From positions 64,001 through 128,000 of the forward strand of contig CAVOMX010000024.1 in assembly GCA_963697165.1 (NCBI GenBank): DNA of 64,000 bases. Reading direction: 5' to 3'. Source of the stretch: Candidatus Bathyarchaeota archaeon (GTDB lineage Archaea > Thermoproteota > Bathyarchaeia > Bathyarchaeales > Bathyarchaeaceae). This document shows positions 1 to 9,820 of the stretch, piece after piece. The notes under the pieces were generated by a model. The model was not told the origin of the DNA and searched no databases. It saw only the letters and a program-made list of their open reading frames with translations. Both the position numbers and the translations under genes were made by a program. The stretch's first letter is position 1, and each line of letters opens with the position of its first letter.

Positions 1-54
1 AAATAAAGAAGAACCACTTACTATTTGCTCAGAGTATAAAGAGAATGTGATCAC

Positions 55-1152
55 ATGGGAAAAGTTAGGGTTGGCGTAGTTGGAGTAGGAAACTGTTTCG
101 CTGGTCTAGCTCAAGGAATAGAATATTACAAGCGAAACAAAACCCAAAAATTAGGATTAATGCACGAGAAAATCGGCGGATACGGACTAGAAGACGTAGA
201 ATTTGTTTGCGCCTTTGACGTCGGAGAAAACAAAGTAGGGAAACCCCTAAACGAAGCCATCTTCTCAGACCCAAACTACGTAGATTGGGTTGATAGCGCC
301 TCAGGATGCACCACAAGAAAAGTGAAAGAAAGCCCAACTCTTGACGGCGTAGGAATCTACGTAGCAAGCATGATTAAACCAATCAAACAAACAAAATCGG
401 CACAAGAACTCGAAAAAGAAGCAATCGAAGAAATAGAAGCCACAAAAACACAAATCATAATCAATTATCTTCCTGTGGGCAGCCAAAAAGCCACAGAATT
501 CTGGGCAAACATCGCCCTGAAAACAGGTTGCGCCTTCATCAACTGTATTCCCGTTTTTATTGCATCAAATAAAGAATGGCTCAAAAAGTTTGAAAATGCA
601 AGTCTTCCAATTGTAGGAGACGACGTCAAAGGAGTAATCGGAGCAACAATAACCCACAGAACATTAGCCAAACTTTGCGTAGACCGCGGAGCATCCATAG
701 ACCGAACCTACCAAATTAACGTCGGCGGAAACACAGACTTCGCCAACATGCTCGAACGAGAACGGCTGGAAAGCAAAAAAATATCCAAAACAGAATCCGT
801 ACAAAGCCAAATACCCGAAAAACAACGATTAGACGCTAAAGACATCTACATTGGACCAAGCGACTTCATCCCATTCCTAGGCAACACCAAACTAGCCTTC
901 ATCAGAATAGAAGGCAGAATGTTCGCAAACATACCCTACAACATGGAAATCCGACTAGACGTGGACGACAAAGCCAACTCCGGCGGAGTGGCAATCGATG
1001 CAATAAGATGCGCAAAACTAGCCCTAGACAAAGGAGTAAGCGGCAATCTAACATACACCTCCGCATACCTCATGAAACATCCCCTCGAACAAATGGGTGA
1101 CGAAGACGCCAGAGAAAAGCTGGACGCATGGATTTCTAACCTAGAAAAGTAG
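55..1152 (+). CDS. ino1: myo-inositol-1-phosphate synthase
   Basis: GVGNC Rossmann start; NYLPVGS, GDDVKG, QINVGGNTDF, SKKISKT and DKANSGG motifs. Confidence 0.95.
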   Translation: MGKVRVGVVGVGNCFAGLAQGIEYYKRNKTQKLGLMHEKIGGYGLEDVEFVCAFDVGENKVGKPLNEAIFSDPNYVDWVDSASGCTTRKVKESPTLDGVGIYVASMIKPIKQTKSAQELEKEAIEEIEATKTQIIINYLPVGSQKATEFWANIALKTGCAFINCIPVFIASNKEWLKKFENASLPIVGDDVKGVIGATITHRTLAKLCVDRGASIDRTYQINVGGNTDFANMLERERLESKKISKTESVQSQIPEKQRLDAKDIYIGPSDFIPFLGNTKLAFIRIEGRMFANIPYNMEIRLDVDDKANSGGVAIDAIRCAKLALDKGVSGNLTYTSAYLMKHPLEQMGDEDAREKLDAWISNLEK

Positions 1153-1166
1153 CGGGAACCGCAAGA

Positions 1167-1790
1167 TTGCAAAGCAAACCTCACCCCCTCCTAATTTCTT
1201 GCGGTATCTTACGACAAGAAATCGAAAAACTAATAGAAGAACAGTCGCTTGATGTTGAACCCTATTTCTTGGATGCGGGTCTCCACGTAGTTTACGCTGA
1301 ACTAGAAAAAGAACTGACATCCGTCCTAGAAAAATCAGCAGAATATGCGCCTAACGGAATAATCGTTGTCTACGGGGACATGTGCCATCCAAGAATCAAA
1401 AAAATCGTCAAAAAATACAATAACGCCATCAAAGTTGATGCCCTGAACTGCATCGATTGCTTGCTTGGTGGACACAAAAAACTTTTACAAGCCGACCCAA
1501 AATGCAGTCACTTCTATCTTTCTCCAGGCTGGATGCCCTCAAACCTGAAGAAAACTGCAGGGTTCCGCGAAATCTTCGATTGGAACATGGAAGATGTAAA
1601 GGATCAGTTTGAGGATCTTTCAGGGCTCATCATAATCGATTCTCTAGACAATCTAGACACTTTCAAGAGTGACATAGAAGAATTCAGTTACCATACGGGA
1701 CTTGAGGTGAAAGACACGAAAGTGGTTGGACTAGACGGACTAAAAGCTGTCATCGATGAAGCCATCAAAAAACTTCAGGACCGCCCCTAG
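1167..1790 (+). CDS. DUF1638 family protein
   Basis: ISCGIL, LDAGLH, VYGDMC, NCIDCLLGG and FYLSPGW motifs; TTG start. Confidence 0.8.
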   Translation: MQSKPHPLLISCGILRQEIEKLIEEQSLDVEPYFLDAGLHVVYAELEKELTSVLEKSAEYAPNGIIVVYGDMCHPRIKKIVKKYNNAIKVDALNCIDCLLGGHKKLLQADPKCSHFYLSPGWMPSNLKKTAGFREIFDWNMEDVKDQFEDLSGLIIIDSLDNLDTFKSDIEEFSYHTGLEVKDTKVVGLDGLKAVIDEAIKKLQDRP

Positions 1791-1804
1791 ATAGCTATAA
1801 TTTT

Positions 1805-2699
1805 TTAGATTGTCAGAGAGTGCTTGCGGTATTTGAAAAGCCCCGGAAAAATGTAGTAGGTAGATCCCTTTATCGCGTAGCCAAGAGACTTGGCGATGTC
1901 ATAGCCGTCGCTCACTCTGCTCATTGTTCTTGTGAAAACTCCGGCGTATGGTTCATATGAGATTCTTCCGAACCTCCTCATTAACCTAGAAATCTTCTGG
2001 TCCTCAGACACCCCCAGCTCCGAATCGTAGGGTCCGTACCCGTTCTTAGACATTTGAGATGCAACATCATGCAACAACGTTATACTACATCCGGGAACGC
2101 TTGCTCCCATCACTGGGATTCCCAAAATTTCTATTGTGGGAAGCTTGAGGGAAAACCACGTCAAAAAGTTAGCTCCCATGATTCCAAACCTTCTTCCCAG
2201 CTTAAGGCTGTCTCTTGGTCTCAAAGAAGGAACCGTGGCAACAACTTCTTTACGTTTGAAGGCGGAATACATCACTTCGAAATAGTTTTCATACTTATCT
2301 AATTCAGAAAAAATGTAATCATTATCCATCTCTGTTCCAGTTGAGAAAAGGGAGTCGATGTCATGAAAAACAACTATTCTTCCCTTTGCATGCCTGAACC
2401 CTAGATTCCGTCCTATAGCCGGAGTATCCCACCCTGGATATTTGATTATTCCAGATTTCCAGAGTTCCTTCCTGTACTCTTCGTATTCTTTAGGAGAAAT
2501 TATTTTAGAATCACAGATTTTGGGAAACTCGGCGTTTTCTCCCGCGTCTGCAACCAAAAATTCGATTGCTTCTGCTTTTTCCTGTTTTTTCTTCAAAAAC
2601 CTTTTTTGCAATCTCCCAGTTGTTGAATGTCTCTTTGAGGGCTTTTGTATCTTTCTCGCCTCGCCCCGTTGTAATCACTGAGAAGATTGGCTTTTGCAT
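1805..2699 (-). CDS. glycosyltransferase family 2 (one frameshift near 2600)
   Basis: N-terminal PIFSVI, GRNLGFRHAKGRIVVFHDID (DxD) and SED motif; split over ORFs 2511-2699 and 1805-2611. Confidence 0.75.
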
Positions 2700-3011
2700 A
2701 ACCTCTTGTAGAATCAGGATTGCTTTTATCTTTTACCCGAGTATCTGGATATATCCTATATTCTTCTATTTCTCGTCAAGACAGCTTGCAACCACATTTA
2801 TCATCGCAGATATCGACAATAATGAAACTGAAACAAGAAATATCGTTTGCGCTCGGACTGCCGTTTCACAAGTAAGCGACTAGGCGAACCTAAGAACAGA
2901 TAGATTTAAAGTATAAATTACTGCTCCATAATCTTTTAAAAAAACGAAAAGTATACCTTGCTTCCTACAAGTAATTTAAGCGTCTTCACCGCGGGTTAGA
3001 AGAGGAGAACA

Positions 3012-3989
3012 TTGATGCCAGAAGCTTCAAAAAAGGAAATACATAGCCTTTACAAAGATCATAATGTACAGCTTCTTATTAGCAAGTTTGTAAGCGGCGA
3101 GCTTGGCACATTGAATCCAGTTTATGACCCAAAAATAGGCATTAGATACCCACTCCTAGACGCGTTCGTTGAGGACGACTCTAACACGGACGAGTTTTTG
3201 CAGCAACTTTTTGAGGGAGGTGTTGTGAAGAGGAAGCTTTACGACAAAATCATCTTCTGTCCATCTTGCAGTTCAGCGAATGTGTCGATACACTATACCT
3301 GTCCCTACTGCAAATCCTTTGATATTAAGAAAAGCGCTTTGATTGAACACATAAAATGTGGGTACATCGACACAGAAGATCATTTCCAGAGAGGAGACAA
3401 ACTATTCTGTCCTAGATGCAACAAGGAACTAACTACTCCTGATGTGGACCATAACAAGGCAGGAGTATGGTGCACCTGTAATAAATGTGCTAAAAGCTTT
3501 GATATTCCTCTTCCAACTCATTTCTGTCGTGAATGCGAAGAAAAATTCAATTTCGACGAATCCATCTACAAAAATGTTTACTCATACACTTTGACCCCAG
3601 AAGCCTCAAAAAAGGCAACGCTAGGCTGGATTATAAGAAATCCAATAGTCGATTTTTTGGAAGATATGGGATTCAAAGTAGAGAGTCCTGGTTTCTTGAA
3701 TGGAAAATCTGGAACACGTCACATGTTTGATTTAATTGCAGTCTCGGTTGAAACGAAGAACACAACAGCGATTGACTTAGAAACTTCGGATGATATTGTT
3801 TCTGAGCAGTCAGTGATTTCTATGTTCGCTAAGATTTTTGATGTTAATCCCGAAAAAGCTTGTCTTGTTGCGATTCCAAAGATGAGCGAGAGCGGCAGAA
3901 AATTGGCGGCACTTTACAAAATAGATTTGATTGAAGCAAAAAATCATACAGAGGCAATAGAATCATTGAAGGCTTGCGTAGCACAATAA
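3012..3989 (+). CDS. TackOD1-type multi-Zn-ribbon protein with C-terminal PD-(D/E)xK-like domain
   Basis: CPSCSS, CPYC, EHIKCGY, CPRC, CNKC and CREC motifs; C-terminal GKSGTRHMFDL. Confidence 0.7.
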   Translation: MMPEASKKEIHSLYKDHNVQLLISKFVSGELGTLNPVYDPKIGIRYPLLDAFVEDDSNTDEFLQQLFEGGVVKRKLYDKIIFCPSCSSANVSIHYTCPYCKSFDIKKSALIEHIKCGYIDTEDHFQRGDKLFCPRCNKELTTPDVDHNKAGVWCTCNKCAKSFDIPLPTHFCRECEEKFNFDESIYKNVYSYTLTPEASKKATLGWIIRNPIVDFLEDMGFKVESPGFLNGKSGTRHMFDLIAVSVETKNTTAIDLETSDDIVSEQSVISMFAKIFDVNPEKACLVAIPKMSESGRKLAALYKIDLIEAKNHTEAIESLKACVAQ

Positions 3990-4170
3990 GTTAATTTTCT
4001 GTTCCAGAATAGACCGCTGCGTTTCCGCGTTCAGTTACAACTTTAACAGTCTAATTGCCTGATGGTATATACATAATAATTTGCGATTCTTTGTTCGCTC
4101 GATTTAATCGAGTTGTTAGTCTTAAATAAGGGAATTATAGTAGAAAAATTTACTTCCACGCTTCAATCTT

Positions 4171-5940
4171 TTAGCTTTCAGAAAATATTGCCATATTTCC
4201 TCTTTTTGTTGCGACCTTAACTAAGAATGGTGGATCTGGCAAAGTAATATTATCGGTAAAGTATCTAACAGTATCTCCAGAATTGACAAACAGGTTAATA
4301 CTATATCTTTCATGATAGGTGAAATTGTTTACCCAACAAGATACCACCTGAATTGTTAGAGAACCTTCATTTTTGAAGGTGAATAGACTCCCATTTGTTT
4401 TCACTTTAAATTCGATCCAATCGATTTGTAAATTAAACGGTTCTTCTGTTTCTTTAACTCCCATGATTTTCAACTTCCAATATCCAGTAGTGTTTCTGAA
4501 ATCGGTTGGGGTTACCGAGAGTGTCTGGTTTTTATCCTCGGCTCTATTTGCTATTAAACTTGAAGAATAGTTAATGTAGCCATTTCCGCTTATCGGATAG
4601 CCATCAAGTGTGTAATTATATAGCTGAAGTGTGACTTCAACCAATCCAATGGTCCATGCGCTATCAACTGTCCAATTCAGTTCGTTCCAATCGTTAATGT
4701 TGCTTGAACCAGTGACCTCGACTTCTGATGTGTACCGATCAGTCCAAACATGTAAAAGGGTAGAATCTATTTCCCAACTATCTTGTATTGAGTCGTTTGT
4801 TTCATTTTCCCCCATAAATCTAATAGTGAATAATGGAGATGTCAGATACAAAGACACAGATATGTTATTCCATCCCGGGTTCAAATCACCAAAAAGGTTT
4901 TCCCAACTTGAACCATTCCACATATCCACTTGTATATTTTCTGAGCCCGTTGTTCCCCCATAGATACAAAGCTCTTCATTTACTTCGTTATAGTCAACAT
5001 TATTCCATTGAACCTCTAAATCGATTTCATAATTAATTGGTTCGACATAATTAATCGCAAGTCTTGCACAATCAACTTCATACAAGCCAGCTCCAGTTGC
5101 TGTTTGCAAGTAGATTTTGGCGGCATCAATTTTTGTCCATGAGTTAAGTTGGGACGTTGCAGTGTAGTCAATCCAACCCCATGAGGTGGTCGGGGCTTTA
5201 GAACCCAGATTTATCCATGCTGAGCCTTCCCAAACAAAAAGTTGGATTGGATTATTAATAGCAGTTTGTTTTGCATATAATTGAATAGTAACACTTTGGA
5301 TAGTTTCTGAAGATATCCCTGAATTTTCAAAACCAAAATCCCCAATTTGGTCGTTGTTTTTAGTTGTATGAACATAATTTGAATTATAATCGATAAAGCC
5401 AAGGTAAGGCGATGCTCCAACTCTTGTCCAATCTGTTCTAACCCCGTCATATGCATCTACATAAAGAAAAAGCAAACCATTTCCTGCTGTATTTTGCTCA
5501 ACTAATACGTCAACAACAGAGTCTGGACCATGTTGTTGTGCAGTGAAGTTGGATTGTGAACCTTTATCGACACTAGAATCGACATTTGAATTATTGTTAT
5601 CAATAAAATCAAGAATATTTGTTCCAGAATAATAACTTTCAAAGTTCATATAACCTCCATTATCTGAAGTAAGGTTTGAAATGTTTCCTGAAACCAAATT
5701 TGTTTCTCCTCCGAGGAAATATTCTTGGGGGTTATACAATGATGTCTGATTAATAGATTCAACGCTTGTCACGTTAATTTGTTCTCTCATTTTTTCCCAG
5801 TCAACCTGATTCATTTCGTAGTTCCACAAAACAATGTTCGAAACTATCGCCAGCATAATCACAAAGCTAAGGGCGATGACAATTATGTTGCTGATGCCCC
5901 GTCGGTCCCTCTTAAAGCGGCGACATGTAGTAGTCAACAA
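4171..5940 (-). CDS. large pilin/adhesin with class III signal peptide
   Basis: RRG/ISNIIVIALSFVIMLAIV prepilin motif; pilin-like C-terminus (VKVATKRGN); N/S/T/W-rich interior. Confidence 0.75.
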   Translation of the reverse strand: MLTTTCRRFKRDRRGISNIIVIALSFVIMLAIVSNIVLWNYEMNQVDWEKMREQINVTSVESINQTSLYNPQEYFLGGETNLVSGNISNLTSDNGGYMNFESYYSGTNILDFIDNNNSNVDSSVDKGSQSNFTAQQHGPDSVVDVLVEQNTAGNGLLFLYVDAYDGVRTDWTRVGASPYLGFIDYNSNYVHTTKNNDQIGDFGFENSGISSETIQSVTIQLYAKQTAINNPIQLFVWEGSAWINLGSKAPTTSWGWIDYTATSQLNSWTKIDAAKIYLQTATGAGLYEVDCARLAINYVEPINYEIDLEVQWNNVDYNEVNEELCIYGGTTGSENIQVDMWNGSSWENLFGDLNPGWNNISVSLYLTSPLFTIRFMGENETNDSIQDSWEIDSTLLHVWTDRYTSEVEVTGSSNINDWNELNWTVDSAWTIGLVEVTLQLYNYTLDGYPISGNGYINYSSSLIANRAEDKNQTLSVTPTDFRNTTGYWKLKIMGVKETEEPFNLQIDWIEFKVKTNGSLFTFKNEGSLTIQVVSCWVNNFTYHERYSINLFVNSGDTVRYFTDNITLPDPPFLVKVATKRGNMAIFSES

Positions 5941-6316
5941 CTTGTGTTCCTCTCCTAGTTACAACTTTAATTTCATATGCGGTATCTGAATTCCAGCTGT
6001 AAGTGAAGTTCAACCATCCATGTTTGTTCGCTTCCAACTCAATTAGCGTAAAAGATTGACGCATTCTGTTCACATACACTGCATCCACTTTGATGGCGAC
6101 CTTACCCACATTCCGAACATACAAAGAAACGTGACCTGACGTAGTAAACCAGACGTCTTCAATAATAAAGCGTTCACCCATATTGTCGTGAAGTCCATCA
6201 GTGATAACGTATGTAGCGGTAACAGCAATCGACATACCCGCTACTGCAATAACCGTCAATAAGAGACTGCTTAAAACGGGAGTTATTCCCTTCCTGTTCC
6301 ACAATATTTTTCTCAT
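5912..6316 (-). CDS. archaeal type IV pilin
   Basis: RKG/ITPVLSSLLLTVIAVA class III signal; YVRNVG; IKVVTRRG. Confidence 0.9.
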   Translation of the reverse strand: MRKILWNRKGITPVLSSLLLTVIAVAGMSIAVTATYVITDGLHDNMGERFIIEDVWFTTSGHVSLYVRNVGKVAIKVDAVYVNRMRQSFTLIELEANKHGWLNFTYSWNSDTAYEIKVVTRRGTQVVDYYMSPL

Positions 6317-6329
6317 ATTTTTTCTTCCA

Positions 6330-7145
6330 TTACACTATAAATTTGAATGCTAGATACCCGCAGACCAAGAGAATAACGCTATGTTTTAGACCGCCACCAA
6401 TCGTTCCTTCACCCATTTTTCCAGCCACAAGACCACCAAAGAATGCTTGGAGAGAGCTCATGTGAAAGAAGATGCTCCTTGCTTCACTAGGCGTCATCAA
6501 CTCAAACTGGCTAAGTTCAAAATCTGCTATGTCAACAAAGAAGGATTTGAATAGCATAATAATCGTGAAGAGGAAAACAAAGAATGCCACATAGATAATT
6601 GCAAGATACGGTCTAGTCTGAGTTTTGCGTTCATCATCAAATGTTAAGGTTGTCTGCACAAACTCTTCTAGCGGCTCAAAAACTTTTTCAACATGCCCTC
6701 CTGAACGCTGAGCTTCAAGAATCAAAGGAATTGTTTGCCGCATAAGACCTGTGTTAACACGTTTACCTAAGGACTGAATTGCATCCTCAAATGACACGCC
6801 CCAACTTATCTGAGCTGCCATTCTCTGGAGTTCCGTTGTCATAGGTCCATATTGTCTCTTAGCTGCTTCTTCCACGGCTTGGGGTAAGGTCATCCCCGTT
6901 TTTTGGGCTTGAACTATGCTTCGAAAGAGGTCAGGCAGATGCTTGTCTACTGAACGTTTCCAACGGTAGTCCACGTAATCGAGGACAGCTGGAGGAAAAA
7001 CAGTAATTACAACCGCCAATAGGAAATACTCATCGAAGAGAGGACTGCCCCTGAGAAGGAGTATCGCTGTTACGCATATAGTGACCCCTAGGGCACCCGA
7101 GACTATCCAAGCGATTTTCTTTTCCCATGTTTCAATTTTAGGCAT
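6330..7145 (-). CDS. type IV pilus membrane platform (TadC/T2SSF family)
   Basis: LPDLFRSI..GMTLPQA and FFGGLVAGKMGEG motifs; TM helices. Confidence 0.9.
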   Translation of the reverse strand: MPKIETWEKKIAWIVSGALGVTICVTAILLLRGSPLFDEYFLLAVVITVFPPAVLDYVDYRWKRSVDKHLPDLFRSIVQAQKTGMTLPQAVEEAAKRQYGPMTTELQRMAAQISWGVSFEDAIQSLGKRVNTGLMRQTIPLILEAQRSGGHVEKVFEPLEEFVQTTLTFDDERKTQTRPYLAIIYVAFFVFLFTIIMLFKSFFVDIADFELSQFELMTPSEARSIFFHMSSLQAFFGGLVAGKMGEGTIGGGLKHSVILLVCGYLAFKFIV

Positions 7146-7148
7146 AAA

Positions 7149-8154
7149 TCATCTCTTCGGTGAAGTTATGTCTATTATTATCAGAAATATCACGGAGCCA
7201 ATCGGCAAGCCGATGTAGGTCAAAAGCTGCAACAATAAACGAGAATCTAATGGACCAACCCCTCCCCCACCTAGCATTGCCATGACCGAAAGCATTACTA
7301 CAAAGATGAGTGACCCCGCCACCATCAGAGTTACATAGAACTCTGCTAAAACTGAAAGAGTGTCAGAGAAACGTTTCAGGGCAATCTGCTTTAGTTTCAT
7401 GTATTGCCGTGATTGGTTTCTGAGGTATTTTACCAAGTTGCCTCCTGAGTGAACTACTGAAATAAAACCTTCAATTAGTTCTTTGAAACTTTCAGAAGGC
7501 GTTCGACTAGACATGGTTTCCAATGCTGAGATAACGTCAAATCCGAAAAGCTCCACGTCCCGAACCACGTTCTTCGCTACTTTAGAAACTGCCAACGAGT
7601 CGTCAATTTGTGCCAAAGAGCGCCATATAAAATCTGGGGGTACACCCGCTCCTGCTAAAATTGACATGTATCCTGCAGTGAATGGGAGGTCATCTTCTAA
7701 GGCTCTTTTCAGGTTGTCTGATCGGTAGCTTGGGTATGCATAGAACGCCATCACGGTTATGGCTCCGGCAAGCAGACTCAATCCCGCTCCAAAAAGAAGT
7801 GCCAGAAAGAAAGAAAGTTTGAAGATGAAGAACAGAAGAGCTGGAACAGCAAGCATGGTTGAGACTGACAGCAGCAGACTCGTCAGAATTGTTGTGCTGA
7901 CATAAGCTTTGAAGTTGCTTTTCATCCCACGACTTCTTTATGCTACTATCAAGGTCTTTGAATAATGGAAAGAACCGAGATGATTTTCCCCCGACAAGCT
8001 GATAAGCAAAAACCTGAGGTTTAGTCGCGCCTAATCTAAGCCTCTCAGTCCACCGAGAATAACGGCTGTTACTAGACGAGGAACTGCTATGGAACAAATT
8101 TTTGGCTCGGGAGTAAACTTTTTTGAGGCTTTTTCTCCGTTTGTTTGCACTCAT
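7149..8154 (-). CDS. type IV pilus membrane platform (TadC/T2SSF family), frameshift near 7925
   Basis: LPFTAGYMSILAGAG and SRTPSESFKELIEG; N-terminus in ORF 7690-8154. Confidence 0.85.
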
Positions 8155-9668
8155 TATGTTCCCACCCTAGCCTTTCGGAAGACGCGTGAGGGTTCATCGT
8201 AATATTCTCTGATGACCGAGACGACGTCGGTGTACTTGCGGATCCCCTTTTGTACCATCCAATCTAGAACCGTCTTTCTTTGATGCAGCTCATCCTGAAC
8301 CTCTTTTTCGTTAAGTCCCTTACTTTTCATCTTTTCTTCTAAAAGGTGACTGTGACCAGAATAAACGAAGGAATCATGTCTTGCGTCCCATCGATACACT
8401 TCATGGGTCAACAGCTCCCTTGTTTTAGGATCTAAACCAATAATCTCTGTTACTGAACGGGTCCTTCGAACTGGTTTCCCATCAACTTCAGTTCGCAGCT
8501 GAACAGGAATGGCATTAATCATCGTCAAGAGTGGTCTTGGAATGTTCATTGGTTCCGACTCCAAACGGTGAATAACTGAACTCGCAGATTCGCCATGGAT
8601 TGTTCCCATTCCAAGATGCCCTGTTGCCATGGCTTGGAATAGAGTGTAAGCTTCTTCGCCACGAACCTCGCCCACAATCAGATAGTCTGGTCTCTGCCTG
8701 ACAGCTGCCCTCAAAAGATCAAATAATGTAACGCTTCCAGTTCCCTTCGTATCGTGACCAAAACTTGATCTTGCGACCGATGGAATCCAGTTTTCATGCG
8801 GCAAATTCAATTCAGCAGTGTCTTCTACGCTAACTATCTTCAGTCCAGGTTTTATGAACATCGAAAAACAGTTAAGTATCGTGGTTTTTCCTGAGGCAAC
8901 GCCTCCAGATACCAGAAATGATGCCCTGTTTTCGATGGCGTACCAAAAGTATGCAGCCATCTCAGAGGAGAGAGTGCCAAGTGCGATCAGGTCAGATATT
9001 GTTAGGGGGTCAACACGGAAGCGTCGTATCGTGAATGTTGAGCCTCGTCGTGTTATCTCGTTCCCGTAGGTCATTTGAATTCGACTGCCATCGGGTAGAG
9101 ACGCATCGAGGATTGGCATTGCAAGTGAGACGTTCTTTTTTGCCAAGTAAGCTAATCTTACTATGAACGAGTTTAGTTCTGTGCTATTTTTGAAGATAAT
9201 GTTTGTTGGAAGGGACTCGTAGTCTCGGTGCCAAACGTATATTGGTATATTAACTCCGTCTGCTGAGATGTCTTCAATCATAGGGTCTTTCATTAGTGGG
9301 TCAATTTTTCCGTAGCCTAGAAAGTCTCGTATGATATAGTAACCAAGTTTGTCCACTGCTTCCTCTGCGATTTTCAGGCGGTAATCCTTTATTATTTCAT
9401 TAATCTTTGTTTTCAGGTATTCCTCAGCTTTTTTTTGTGTTCCAATTTCTTTGAGATTAACATCGATTTCCTCAACCAGTATAGCCTTGATTTCTTTGAG
9501 TTGTTTTTCCTCTTCTTCAATGATGGTAGGTTCGATCAGTTCATATTTTATTCTGTGAGTGTTTGGTTCACTAACGATTGCGGCATAGACGTAGGGCTCA
9601 TGAATCGGGTATACCTCTCGAAAAACGGAGGATTTTCTTCCAAGAATCTGTTTTGAGTCTGTTTTCAT
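8154..9668 (-). CDS. type II/IV secretion (pilus assembly) ATPase
   Basis: Walker A GGVASGKTT; RQRPDYLIVGEVRG; QAMATGH. Confidence 0.95.
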   Translation of the reverse strand: MKTDSKQILGRKSSVFREVYPIHEPYVYAAIVSEPNTHRIKYELIEPTIIEEEEKQLKEIKAILVEEIDVNLKEIGTQKKAEEYLKTKINEIIKDYRLKIAEEAVDKLGYYIIRDFLGYGKIDPLMKDPMIEDISADGVNIPIYVWHRDYESLPTNIIFKNSTELNSFIVRLAYLAKKNVSLAMPILDASLPDGSRIQMTYGNEITRRGSTFTIRRFRVDPLTISDLIALGTLSSEMAAYFWYAIENRASFLVSGGVASGKTTILNCFSMFIKPGLKIVSVEDTAELNLPHENWIPSVARSSFGHDTKGTGSVTLFDLLRAAVRQRPDYLIVGEVRGEEAYTLFQAMATGHLGMGTIHGESASSVIHRLESEPMNIPRPLLTMINAIPVQLRTEVDGKPVRRTRSVTEIIGLDPKTRELLTHEVYRWDARHDSFVYSGHSHLLEEKMKSKGLNEKEVQDELHQRKTVLDWMVQKGIRKYTDVVSVIREYYDEPSRVFRKARVGT

Positions 9669-9820
9669 TTAGTTCTCACATTTACTCCGATCCTCAGTTA
9701 GTCCACTGGCTAATTGGTTGATGGAGCTGGTTCACGGATTCACTACAAAAAAATAGGGCATATTAAGACTTAATAAAACCTATGGATTCGAAATCAATTA
9801 ACCCAAAACACGCAACAAAA

